Assembly (NCBI GenBank): GCA_026770705.1
Contig: JANJGN010000023.1
Coordinates: forward strand, 9,424,001 to 9,488,000
DNA: 64,000 bases
Direction: 5' to 3'
Source of the DNA: Isurus oxyrinchus
Lineage: Eukaryota
The position numbers and the translations under genes were made by a program. Shown piece after piece: positions 24,543 to 36,724 of this stretch. The notes beneath the pieces are model-generated. The model had not been told where the DNA came from and searched no databases. It was given only the letters and a program-made list of their open reading frames with translations. The first letter of the stretch is position 1; the number at the start of each line of letters is the position of its first letter.

Positions 24543-27524
24543 CTTTTCTTCTCCGCCGATGCTGCCAGACCTGCTGAGTTTTTCCAGGTAATTCTGCTTT
24601 TGTTTTGGATTTCCAGCATCCGCAGTTTGTTGTTTTTATTTCAGTTCATGGGGCTCTGGCACCAGTACAGGGGTAGAAGGGAGCTGTTCCAGTGGGTTAG
24701 GCTTCACTTGAACCATGCTGGGACCAGAGTCCTGGCGAATCAAATAACAAGGGCTGTAGAGAGGGCTTAAAACTAAATAGTTGGTGGTGGTGGTGGTGGT
24801 GGTGGTGGTGGTGGTGGGGGTGGGGGGGGGGGGGTGGAGTTCTAGAGAGGGGATACCAAGCCTTGCAAAGCAAGAGGATGTGACAGCATTCCAGGGCAGC
24901 TATTTAGGTAATGACACGCAGAGTGTGACAGGAAGGGACAGAGTGTACAAATATTAAAAAAACAGCAGCAAATAGGGTAAAAGGAGGAAAAGCTGGTAAA
25001 AAGGCAAAATTAGTGGCTCTTTACTTAAATGAGTTAACGGCTCAAATGGAGATTAATGTGACTGATCTTGTAGCCACCATGGACATGTGGTTACAAGGAG
25101 ACCAAAGCTGGGAACTAAATATTCAGGGCTACATGACTTTTCAAAAGGTCAGGCAAGAAGGAAAGGGTGGTGGGGTAGCTTTGTTATTATGTGATGGAAT
25201 AAGTACGATAGCAAGAAATGATCTTGGATCAGAAGATGTAGAATCCACATGGGTGGAGGTAAAAAATAACAAGAGGAAGAAGATACTAGTAGGACCAGTC
25301 TATAGGTCCCCTAACAATAGCTATACTGTAGGACAGAGAATAAATCAGAGATAATCAGGGCATGTAAAAAAGGCAATACATTAATCATGGGTGACTTTAA
25401 TTTTCATTTAGATTGGGAAAATCAAATTGATAGAAGTAGCCATGAGCAAGAATTCATAGAGTGTATTCTGGACAGTTTCCTAGAACAATATGTTGTGGGT
25501 CCAACCAGGGATCAGGCTATTTTGGATCTGGTAATGTGTAATGAGGCAGGTTTAATAAAAGATTCCCTAGGAAACAGTGACCATAACATGGTAGAATATA
25601 GCATTCAGTTTGAGAGTGATAAACTTGGGTCAGAAGCAACTGTGCTAAAGTTAAATAAGGATAATTACAATGGAATGAGGGCATATTGGCTGGCGTGGAC
25701 TGGGAAAGGGGTTTAGCAGAAAAAAGATGGTGGATGAACAACAGTAGATGTTTAATAAAATAGTTCATGACTCACAACAAAGATATGTCCCAGTGAGGAA
25801 GAAGAATTCTAGGAAGGAGATAAACCAACTATGGTTAATCAAGGAAGTAAAGGATAATATCAAATTGAAAGAAAAAACATACAACGAGGCAAAGATTAGC
25901 GGTAAGCCAGAGGATTAGGAAAGTTTTAAAAAACTAACAAAAGATGACCAAAAATAATAAAGTGGGAGAAAATAGACTTTGAGGGTAAATCAGCAAGTAA
26001 TATAAAACTGGACAGTAAAAGCTTCTTTAAATATATTAAAAGGAAGAGAGAGGCCAAAGTGAACATAGGCCCCATAGAGAATGAGGCTGGGGGATTAATA
26101 ATGGGGAACCAGGAAATGGCAGAGGAGTTGAATAAATACTTTGCATCAGCGTTCATGTTAGAAGACACTAATAACATTCCAAAAAATACTAAATAATCAA
26201 GGGACAAGCGGCGGGGGGTGGGGGGGGGGGGTGGGGGGGGGGGGGGGGGCGGTGGTGGTGGGGGAGGGAGTGGGGGTAGGGTGGTGGTGGTGGTGGTGGA
26301 TGGGGGAAGGAAATAAATATAGTAACTATCTCTAGAGGAAAAAGGGAAACTGATGAGACTAAAGGCCAATAAGTCCCCTGGACCTGATGGGTTGCATCCT
26401 AGGATATTAAAGGAAGTAGCTGCAGAGATAGTGGATGTGCTGCTACTAATCTTCCAAAAATCCTTGGATACTGGAAACGACCCAGAGGATTGAAGAATGG
26501 CCTATATAACACCCTTATTCAAAAAGGGAGGGAGACAAAAAAATAGGCTAGTTAGCTTAATATCTGTCACTGGGAAAATGTTAGAGTCTATTATAAAGGA
26601 TGTAATAGCAGAGCATTTAGAAATGCATAATATAATCAAGCAGAGTCAGCATGGCTTCATGAAAGGGAAATCATGCTTTAATAATTTATTAGAATTCTTT
26701 GAAGGAAGTAACAAGCAGGATAGATAAAAGGGACCAGTAGATGTCATATATTTGGATTTCCAAAAGGTGTTCGATAAGGTACCACACATAAGGCTACTTA
26801 ATAAGATAAGAGCCCATGGTGTTGGGGGGCAGTATATTAGCATTGATGGAGGATTGGCTAACTAATAGAAGACAGAGAGTTGGGATAAGGGGGGCATTTT
26901 CAGGATAGCAAGCTGTAATGAGTGGAGCGCCACAGGGATCAGTGCTGGAGCCACAGTGAGGATGAGGGAAGTGAATGTACAATCGCTAAGTTTACAGATG
27001 AACATAAATAGGTGGGAAGGCAAGTGGTAAGGATTACATAAAGAGACTACAGAGGGATATAAACAGTTCAAGTGAGTGGGCAAAAACTTGGCAGATGGAA
27101 TATAGTGTGGGAAAATGTGAGGTTATGTATTTTGGCAGGAATAATAGAGGAGCTGAATATTATTTAAGTGGAGAAAAACTGCAGAAAGCTGCAGCACAGA
27201 TGGATTTGGGGATTCTCGTGCATGAATCCCAAAAAGCTAGCATACACGCTCAGCAGGTAATAGGGAAGGCAGATGGAATGTTGGCCTTTACTTCAAAGGG
27301 AATGGAGTATAAAAATAGGGAAGTCTTGCTAAAATTATACAAGGTACTAGTTAGACCACACTTCGAGTACTGTGAACAGTTTTAGTCCCCTTATCTAAGG
27401 TAAGATGTACTGGCATTGGAGCCAGTCCAGAGAAGGCTCACTAGGTTGAGTAGGTTGGGCCTGTACTCATTGGAGTTCAGAAGAATGAGAGGCGGCCTTA
27501 TTGAAACATACAAGATTCTTAGGG

Positions 27525-28233
27525 AAACAGAATTACCTGGAAAAACTCAGCAGGTCTGGCAGCATCGGTGGAGAAGAAAAGAGTTGATGTTTCGAGTCCT
27601 CATGACCCTTCGACAGAACTTGAGTTTGAGTCCAAGAAAGAGTTGAAATATAAGCTGGTTTAAGGTGTGTGTGTGGGGGGCGGAGAGATAGAGAAAGAGA
27701 GAGGTGGAGGGGGGGTGTGGTTGTATGGACAAACAAGCAGTGATAGAAGCAGATCATCAAAAGATGTCAACGACAATAGTACAATAGAACACACCCAGGA
27801 TTACCGGTATCTCCGGGACATAAAACGTTTCTCGGACTGCTGTTCCCGTCACATTCTGAAATCCACACTCAGTGCCATGCGACCATCCATTCTTAATTAG
27901 CACATTCGTTTAGATAATATCACCAACTTTAACTTTAACACCTATGTGTTCTATTGTACTATTGTCGTTGACATCTTTTGATGATCTGCTTCTATCACTG
28001 CTTGTTTGCCCATACAACCACAGCCGCCCCCCCCCCCCCCCCACTCCACCTCTCTCTCTCTATCTCTCCGCCCCCCCACACACACACCTTAAACCAGCTT
28101 ATATTTCAACTCTTTCTTGGACTCGAACTCAAGTTCTGTCGAAGGGTCATGAGGACTCGAAACGTCAACTCTTTTCTTCTCCGCCGATGCTGAGAGACCT
28201 GCTGAGTTTTTCCAGGTAATTCTGTTTTTATTT
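27525..28233. mobile_element. Penelope-derived foldback inserted in CR1 ORF2
   Basis: Inverted terminal arms; 13-bp TSD aagattcttaggg (27512-27524 and 28234-28246). Confidence 0.88.
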
Positions 28234-28597
28234 AAGATTCTTAGGGGCTTGACAGGGTAGATGCTGAGAGCTTGTTTCCCTTGTGGGAGAGTCTGGGACC
28301 AGAGTGTATAATCTCAGAGTAAGGGGGCACCAATTTAAAACAGATGAGGAGGAATTTCTTCTCTCAGAGGGTAGTCAATCTGTGGAATTCTTTACCGCAG
28401 AGGGCTGTAGAGGCTGGGTCATTAAGTATATTCAAGGCTGAGATAGACAGATTTTTAATCAGTAACGGAATCAAGGATTATGGAGAAAAGGCAGGAAAGT
28501 GGAGTTGAGGATTATCAGATCAGCCATGATCTCTTGAATGGCAGAGCAGACTTGATGGGCTGAATGGCCTACTTCTGCTCCTATATCTTATGGTCTT

Positions 28598-29280
28598 TTG
28601 GTTCCAGAATTGCCGGTGATATGCCTCCAGGAATAATTTTGTAGGCAATTAGGATGGCAGACTTGGTCTGCTCATAATTCAGGGATACATTAGGAGGCAG
28701 CATAGAGTAGGCCTCTTGGGCTCTCCCTCCCGGCTGCCCTTGAATTAAAAATGTCCAGATCTCCAACGGCCATTTTAGCTGTCCTGTTATTTTCTCAAAG
28801 GTGGCAAAAAATGACTCTCCATCACTCTCTTTGAATTTAGGAATAAATTTAGTGTACTTGGGGGCCTCAGAGAGTGGTTCTGGGTTAGAGAGATAGGGGC
28901 CGCTACTGGGTAGAGAGAGATTTTCCCTGGCAGCCATCATCTGTCTGACGCCTCTATCTCTTTGAGCTGTTAGCTCCATTTCCAATTTTTGGAGTTGGAA
29001 TTCTTCTCTCTCCCTTTCTCTCTCTCCTCCACCCTCCTGTTCCGTTGCTTGCACGTCTCTTTCACTTTCTTGCTCCCTCTCCTTAAATCCTAGTTGTATT
29101 CTGAGCAGAGTCATGAGCTCTACATATAACTGCTCTACTGGTAACATGAAATCCAAATGTTCCACCAAGAACTGGATCAGTTCACATCACTTTACTAGGC
29201 AATTTTAACCGTACCTCCCCAGCTATAGCTTTCAGTTGTTCTGTGCTAAGGGCTGCCAAAGTTCCACAGTTCAAAATTTC
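28598..29280 (-). pseudogene. Gypsy gag N-terminal part
   Basis: Coiled-coil E/R-rich segment then FIPKFKESDGESFFATFEKI...KWPLEIW...GRAQEAY...NYEQTKSAILIAY. Confidence 0.82.
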
Positions 29281-29482
29281 CTTGCTGGACCAACATTTGG
29301 GCCATTTTATTAGTGTTAGGGAAAAGGAATTTCCTGTGGTAAGTTCTTGTGTTTAAAATTTGTTCCAACCACCAAGTTTTCTCCTTTTGGCTTCCAATTG
29401 AGTCTTATCAGATTTGGCCGTCTCTTAACTTGGACTTTGGTCAAAGTCAAATGGGTCTTGCTGTACTTGAGCTCCCAATTCC

Positions 29483-30573
29483 TGTTAGAGACAGGAAGGA
29501 GCTTTATTTTAAACAGCCCTGATTCCTCCTCACACCACCTGTCTGTAAACAGAAAGGTTTTTTGATTTTGATTACCCCCCTTTATAAGTTGTGGCACATT
29601 TCCCAACAACTCAGTTTTGGTGTGATCCAATTTTCATTAACAACCCCACAGCAAACTCGAGATAGGATAAACTCAGAGGGTTAGTTTATTTCCACACACT
29701 CAAAGCATAGGAAGGGATTGTCACTACGTAGCCCTAAGTGCATTCATACTATAAAATAAGGATTGAGAAAGAAAGATTTACAGGGCAAAGACCACTGAGC
29801 AAAGAATTATTGTTTCATGCGAGTCCAGAGTCCAAAATCAAAGTCCAATGGTATGTTCCTTCATTGAGGTCGGCAGGTTGAGGACTGATGCTGAATAAAT
29901 CACTTTTCCAATAGAAATGACTTCCACAATGGGATAGGCACGTAGAGATGAATTAGTCTTGTTGGTGATGGTATAGAAGTTCAGAAGTCCCAGTAGAAAC
30001 AGCATGGATGGGGGCAGGCATTTGAACCCGGACAAAGCCCTGTTACTGAGCTGCTGCTTGCTGATGAAAGATGGCAGACTGAGCTTTGCAGCTCCACAAG
30101 GCAATATTACAGGTTCTTCCAGCTTGTGTGTGTTGGGGGTGGGGGGGGGGGGGTGGTTTGTGGGTGGCAGTTTATGTCACATGACTCTAACCTCTCCATT
30201 TGGCTTTGACAAAGGGTGAATATTTCTAATATTGCTAATGTTCTATCCATTAAGAATTACAAAGGAAGATTGTAGGGCACTTTGTCTAGCAAACCAGTAG
30301 ACTCCAGTGGCCAGGCCTGGCTTATGAAACATGGATGGCCTTTGTATAATTCCCTTTGAATTTGATTTCTGCCATCCACAGATTAGCCTCTCTTCAGAGA
30401 TAACGAGGTTCAAATTTCTTCGATACTGTATTAGCTCCTATTGTTCAAATGTCACAGCCAGACATGGCTTCAGTCATTTTAGAAAGGCCATTGTCTAGTT
30501 TTAAAATTTTTGGAAGTAACCATGATGATATATATATCATAAAAATATAGTGTGAGGTTTTAGGTCCATTACC
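29483..30573 (-). repeat. 5' LTR of the Gypsy element
   Basis: Direct repeat of 14340-15410, adjacent to the PBS-like sequence and gag. Confidence 0.88.
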
Positions 30574-30904
30574 CCACCATCTCCCCAGTAATAAATAAGT
30601 ATTGGAGGACTGTAAGGTCCCATGGGACTGAACCTTGGCAAGAGCAATATAAATGAAAGTTGTTGGTTGCTGTTTTATCAGTTGTGTTCTTGGTATTTTA
30701 CTTTACGAAATTTAAGATTAAAGGTTATTTGACTGTCTTCGTAACTGAGAGTCTTTGTAACTGGACAAATCTGATTGTTGAACTGCAAAGATTAATCTGT
30801 TTTCTTTCAGGAGTTAACGGGATGTTTCGGAGACAGTTGCATTTTGTACACACAACTACCCTTGTGCCCTTTGTCACTCAGTAAAACTGTTCTTTTTTCT
30901 GCAG

Positions 30905-32230
30905 CTGGCCTCTGGCACAGATGAGAGGCTCTGTGTTGGACTGCTAAGCACATCTTTCTGGGACTCGCCTCCTCAGTGGGATTGTGTGGAATCTTTAAGA
31001 GTTCCAGGAACTGCTGAGCGCCACCTACTCATTGTCACGAAGATTAACAGGGACCTAGAGTTTTCCAAAAAAACAAACATAATCCGTCCCAGGCTTCCCA
31101 ATAGATCCTGGGATGTTGGCAGATGAACTCTGGCTGCTGTGATAGAATGTGCCTTTGGACGAGACATTTAAACCAATAGAATGAGGAAACACCTGCATAT
31201 CTCTGATCCATCGAGAACTGTCAGTGGATTGGAAAGTGATGTCCACTCGGGTCACTGTGGTCTCCAGAGACTTCTCATCGCAGCACTGAGTTGGGTCTTA
31301 ACTGGTTCACCTGTTAACACATCTGTGTAGTGACGAGTTCAGTTTCTTCAGAACAGAATGACAAATCAGACAGATGTTGTACACAGTAGGCACAGTTCAG
31401 TGTTCTGACTGTTAGTGAAAGGAAAGTTAAATTAATATTCCACAAGAGATGCATGGAAATTTTATTGTAGTTTAGAATTATTTATCCAATTGTTCAGCAC
31501 CAACACTGTCCAGACACATCTAATCAAAAAGCCAAATACTGCAGATGCTGGAAATGTGAAATAAGAACATAAAAAATGTTGCGAGAGAAGCAGAGTTGGC
31601 TTTTCAGGTTAATGGCGTTTCATCAGAACTGGAAGAAGTTAGAGACTTACAGGTGGACAATAGAAATGATTAAGTGACCAAGGGGATTACGGTGAAAGAT
31701 AAACAGGGCACGGAATGGAATAACTGAAGAAACAGAAGATGGGTACGCAGGAAGGGTGTGACACGTTTAACGTAGGGCCATTTACTCAATGTATTATATT
31801 TCATTGCCATCTCCCAGAAGGTATTTGAAGCTCACCAACTCGCTTGACAGTGAAAGGCAAGTATCTTTTCCAGCACCAAACTGTTCTCCTTTGTTTGTTT
31901 TTGGGACTCAGTAAATATAAGTGTTTTTTTAAAGATATCTCATATTGTAAAGGATGCTCTGCTTTGTATTGGAACTGATTGAAAATAATAGCTCAAAACC
32001 CACCAAAAATGAACCACCTACCCTGCCCACAGACCCTGATTTTGATTGTCTGATAGAACAGGGTAACATGTGAATCTCTTTTAAAAAAACAGTTAAATAA
32101 CTGAATGTTGTAAATCTGTTATAGAAATCACAGAGGCTTTGGCCATTGGTTTATCAACTGGGGCATCTAAAGAATCTACAGATTTCTGCATTTGTTAACC
32201 TAATAAAACAATAGTTTGGGAGAGTAAATA
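30905..32230 (+). other. Candidate downstream/terminal exon of the LASP1NB transcript
   Basis: Strong acceptor ctgttcttttttctgcag ending 30904; mostly unique sequence; AATAAA at ~32202. The link to the 12811 donor is inference. Confidence 0.3.
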
Positions 32231-32242
32231 CAGAGAAACTGT

Positions 32243-32945
32243 GGGCAAAATTTAATACTGTCCCCTGTGGAGTGTTTGGAGGCAGCGGAGAGCATTTAAT
32301 TGGGTGGGAGGATGGCGAGGGAGGACCCCACTGCCTTCCTGCCTCTGCCCTGGTGGACAGTCTTCCTGCCCCACCATCATCTGGGCCCTTAACCAGGCAA
32401 TTGATGCCCACTTAAGGACCTCACTCTTCCGTTGCTGGTATTCAACAATCGGTGGGTGAGGACTTGCCATGCAGGATGCCCATAAAGATGGGGTTGCTTG
32501 CGGGCTCCTGGTGGGGGAAATTTGTGTGGGGGGGGCTCCCTCATTCAAAGGGAAGGGTGGGGGTTGCCTGCTGAGACGCACACTCCTGCCTTTGCTGCTG
32601 ACCCCTCTCTCCCCTCCTCATGACCAGCCCCAACCCCAACATCTCCCCACTCCCCCCCGGACATTATTCGCCCCTGCCTGGTGATCCTGGACCGCGGGGG
32701 TTGTATCACCGGCAGCAGCCACGCCTCCTCAGGTGAGCAGCCGAGCAATGAAGAGCTGCCGGTCTCAGATTGGGCAGCAGCTCTCAGTGGGCAGGACTTG
32801 TGTCCCTGGCTCCCTGATCCTGGGGAAGGCCCACCACTGCCCAGTTAAGTGCCTGATTGCATTTAATGCAGGGACCTTCCTGAAAAGAGGTGACATAGGG
32901 CTCTTGCCAGCTCTCCTGTCGGCGGTCAGAACCCCTTCGCCTACA
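32243..32945. mobile_element. GC-rich non-autonomous DNA transposon (MITE-like), related to 56061-56635
   Basis: Starts gggcaaaattt; shares internal motifs (ttaagtgcc, gagagctgc.ccaatc.ga) with 56061-56635. Confidence 0.5.
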
Positions 32946-33069
32946 TTAACTTCCTATGTTTCCACTGGCAGGAGGCTTGGTAACCAGAGGACACAGATTG
33001 AAATTGATTGGCAGGGGAGCCAGAGGTGACATGAGACTTTTTTAACACTGGTAATTGCTAAGAACTGGC

Positions 33070-33345
33070 TTTCTTTATTCTTTCATAGGATGTGGGCGAC
33101 ACTGGCAAGGCCAGCATTTGTTGCCCATCCCTAATTGCCTTTGAATTGAGTGGCTTCCTAGGCCATTCCAGAGGGCAGTTAAGAGTCAACCACATTGATG
33201 TGGGTTTGGAGTCACATGTAGGCCAGACCAGGATGGCTAGATTTCCCTCCCTAAAGGGCATTAGTGAACCAGGTGGGTTTTTATGACAATCGATGATAGT
33301 TTCACGGGCACCATTACTGAGACTCGCTTTCAATTCTAGATTTTT
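33070..33345 (-). mobile_element. tRNA-derived SINE with LINE-like tail, 5'-truncated
   Basis: Highly similar to 14005-14260. Confidence 0.75.
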
Positions 33346-33595
33346 TTGAATCTCTGCCACTTTTAGTGTAGGAAACGACACAACGAAGTTATGCAGAGCA
33401 ACCAATTTATGCAGAGCAACCAATTTATGCAGAGCATGATCCCACAAACAACCATGAGGTAAATTTCTTTATAAATGTAACGTCTAATAAAAAGGGATTG
33501 ACAAATTGGAGACTCAACTTGCTAAGGAGATGAGCTTGCAGAACACCTCTTTTTTTAAAAGAGCTTTTGTTTTAAACATGAGCGAGATTAATTAG

Positions 33596-34100
33596 AGCGG
33601 CACAGTGGTGCAGTGGTTAGCGCTGCTACCTTACAGCTCCAGGACAAAAACAGAATTACCTGGAAAAACGCAGCAGGTCCGGCAGCATCGGCGGAGAAGA
33701 AAAGAGTTGACGTTTCGAGTCCTCGTGACCTTATGTCGAAACGTCAACTCTTTTCTTCTCCGCCGATGCTGCCAGACCTGCTGAGTTTTTCCAGGTAATT
33801 CTGTTTTTGTTTTGGATTTCCAGCATCCGCAGTTTTTTGTTTTTAACAGCTCCAGGGACCTTGGTTTGATTCTGACCTTGGGTGTCTGTCTGTGTGGAGT
33901 TTGCATGTTCTCCCTGTTTCTGCTGGGTACTCAGGATTCCTCCCGCAGAAAAAAGATGTGCTGGTTAGTGAGGTGGATTGTCTACAGTTCAATTGTGTGT
34001 GTGCCCTGTGATGGACTGGTGTCCTGTCCTGGTTGTACCCTGCCTAATGCCAATTGCCTGTCAAGGCTCTAACTCCCTGTGACCCTGAATTGGATAAAGC
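33596..34100 (+). mobile_element. V-SINE (HE1-like) interrupted by a Penelope foldback at 33644-33845
   Basis: Head gcggcacagtggtgcagtggttagc; V core tgtgtggagtttgcatgttctccc. The foldback has an 11-bp TSD acagctccagg (33633-33643 and 33846-33856). Confidence 0.8.
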
Positions 34101-35371
34101 ATTTCTGCAAAAGCGAGTGCGATTAATTAAAAGAAAATCCCCCAATTTTCTGCCAAAAGGGATTGAATCCTTTCTGGAAAACAGTTCCAGTTTGTCCTTT
34201 ATTAACTTAACCATTCTGTTGAATAAGGGCTGCTGGAGCTATGGAGATAAGGTGGGTAAATTATAAAGAATGTACAGTACAGAAACAGGCCATTCAGCTC
34301 AATTGGTCCATGCCAGTAGTTACGCTGCACATGAGCAGTCCACCCCCACCCCCAATCCCTCTTCACTTAATCGGCATATCCTTCTATTCCTTTCTCCTTA
34401 AGTGTATCTAAATTATTTGACTCAGCGACTCCATGTGGCAGCGAGTTCCGCGTCCTGAGCACTTACTAGGTAAAGAAGTTTCTGTTGAATTCCTTAATTT
34501 ATTAGTGATTATCTTATAATCATGGCCCTGAGTTTTGGCCTCCCCATAAGTCTAACAAACCCTTTCATAATTTTAAAAGGAGTTGAGATTCCGGTCAGCC
34601 ATGGTGTAACTGAATGGCAGAGCTGACTTGGGGAGTGGGGATGCATAGTCTAATCCTGTCCCTGTAACCACATGCAGGCTTAGAAAGAGAATAGCAGCTG
34701 ACTGTTCAATCATAAAGGGCATCACTTCCCTTGCCCTGGTACATTTTTCACAGGGGTCGCTAACTAGCGATTAGAAATGAAAAACTGAGCGGGTTTTTAT
34801 TTCTTTAACCTTCTCTGAGCTACTGAGACCATGTATGGTTCCCCAGGCGCTGCACTGGCATTTGTACAGTGTCCACTATCCTGCCCTTTTAGGAAATCCC
34901 ATAGTACATCACTTCTATCCAATGGGAGTGCAACCACTGTCGCCATGTAGGCAAAGATCAATAACATCGACTTGCATTTATATAACTGGTGATTCACTTG
35001 TCCCCCTGTAGATAGACACATGGCTGTTGAGTTTGAAGGTGCATGCTTGTAATGTGCAACTCTGTAAATAAATGCTTATAAAAACGTGCAAAGATTGGCT
35101 CCAGTTCTATCCTTCAATTGGCTTTCTGGATATTATCAGGGAGAGACAGACAGGTTTGGGAGGAAACTCCAGATAGCGCTCAGGCGACTGAAGGCTGCAA
35201 TTAAAACCTGTGATGCTCAAGAGGCCAGTATTGGAGGAGCGCAGATACCTCAGAAGGTTATAGGGTAGGGACGTGTTGAGGCTACGGAGGGATTTGAAAA
35301 CAAGGGTGAGCATTTTTAAGTCGAGGTTGCTAAATGGGTTGATTACCTAAGTGTTGAAGCTTGGACTCTTA

Positions 35372-35921
35372 GGGAAGAATTGTCTCCCCGTTGGGTGGGC
35401 CAATTAAGGCTCAGCGCTATCTGTGCGGGCGGGGGGGAGGGGTGGGTGGGGGGTGGGGGGGGGTGAGGAGGGAGAGTCCACACGCGCGTGGAAGGGCGCA
35501 GAAATCTCCCTGAGGCACGGAGCTGCCTCGGGGAGATTAATTTGATTCCGAAAACTTGAGAAAAGTTTTTAAAATAATTCAGACACGTCCCCTCATGTGA
35601 CAGTGTCACATGAGCTGGGACATGTCAATGAATTTTAATTAAAGTTTTTATTAAAGTTATAAACCCTTCATGAAACCTCATCCCGCCCGTGGATGAGGTT
35701 CCATGAAAAATGTGAAGGCCGCCTGGGCTCTTCGCCTGCCTCCCGCCAACCTTAAGATCGGACAGGCAGCCCTGACAACTACTTCAATTAGGTGATTAAT
35801 GGCCTTAATAGGCCTCTTAACAATTCGGCGGGTGCGCAGCCGACTCCCGGTGCTCGCCTGCCGAGCTGGAGATCGGAATGACGCGTGGTGACGTTGGCAC
35901 GCCGACCAGAAGATTCTGCCC
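35372..35921. mobile_element. PIF/Harbinger-type MITE
   Basis: Imperfect TIRs GGGAAGAATTGTC / GAAGATTCTGCCC with TTA duplicated on both sides; internal hairpin aaacctcatcc..ggatgaggtt. Confidence 0.7.
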
Positions 35922-36209
35922 TTAGTTTTTTTCCAGTGTGGCAGTGCCCTTGCCCATTGGACGGGCACAATGACATAATGCAACAACATTTCGGAAAGAT
36001 TTTCTGGCTGTTCTCTGCCTCCCAATTGCTGATTGATCATGATGTGAATCCAGCTCCGTGATGGTGTGATGGGCCTCTGAGCTGACCTGCACATTATTAT
36101 TAATAAACACCTGACTGGAAAATCTAGGCAGGTTCTGGCCTGCGTACATGAGTCTCACGGAACATGTTAAGTTGCCCATTCGTGATATTCTGAGAGAGGA
36201 CCTGATGTA

Positions 36210-36600
36210 AGAAGAGAAAGAAAGACTTGCATTTATGTAGCACCTTTTGCACCTCAGGGCATTCCAAAGGACTTTACAGCCAATGAAGTGCTTTTGAAGT
36301 GTAGTCACTGTTGCAATATAAGAAATATGGCAGCCAATTTGTGTACAACAAGATTCCCACAAAGAGAAATGAGATAAATTACAAGCTGGTCTGTTTTACT
36401 GATGTTGTTTACAAGATAAATATTGGACAGGACTCTTTTATATTTACCTGAGGGGGTAGAGGGACCACAGTTTAGCATCTCAACTAAAGCATCTCCAACA
36501 CTGCAGCACTCCCTCACTACTGCACTGAAATGCCCGCCTAGACTGTATGCTCAAGACTTGAATTAATAACCTTCTGATTCAGAGGCAAGAGTGCTGTCAA
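36210..36600 (-). mobile_element. Deu-domain SINE
   Basis: Tail gaaagaaagacttgcatttatgtagc and Deu core on the minus strand. Confidence 0.65.
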
Positions 36601-36724
36601 TTGAGTTGGAAATTAAGCTAAAACCAGTCTGAACTACTATGTTCCTACAGGTACAAATATTTTAGTATATTGAGACTAAAGGTTTGATTTTAATAATATC
36701 CTTGAGGCATTAGTGGATTGTCCA

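Larger units (their letters stand above)
20261..24639 (+). mobile_element. Penelope-like element: 5'-truncated upstream copy (pseudo-LTR, ~20261-21298) in tandem with a full-length copy
   Basis: 11-bp TSD ttcagttcatg (20250-20260 and 24640-24650). 20261-21298 repeats ~23546-24638. Confidence 0.93.
19069..28597 (+). mobile_element. Near full-length CR1 LINE (5' UTR, ORF1 zinc finger plus SGNH esterase, ORF2 APE plus RT), decayed
   Basis: ORF1 starts ~19431 (CCCCSMW...HICSKC; CLPGARVKDI...VVVHVGTND). ORF2 fragments MGDFN, KSPGPDGLHPRILKE, QHGFMKGKSC, LDFQKVFDKVPH, LVRPHFEYC. 3' tail tcttatggtctt. It splits the Gypsy gag at QFWNQ|KRPTQTY. Confidence 0.9.
14340..30573 (-). mobile_element. Gypsy (Gmr1/SCAN-related) LTR retrotransposon, degenerate, inflated by nested insertions
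   Basis: Two ~1.07-1.09 kb direct repeats (14340-15410 and 29483-30573) starting TGTT and ending ACA/ACC. 4-bp TSD CCAC (14336-14339 and 30574-30577). PBS-like TGGGAGCTC on the minus strand next to the 5' LTR. Gag and protease-adjacent fragments inside. Confidence 0.88.

Noticed and set aside
24781-26305. (GGT)n and poly-G tracts giving poly-Pro ORFs
   Set aside because: Simple-repeat expansions inside the decayed CR1.
33596-33660. tRNA-like sequence
   Set aside because: It is the tRNA-derived head of a V-SINE; no complete cloverleaf. The same applies to other SINE heads.
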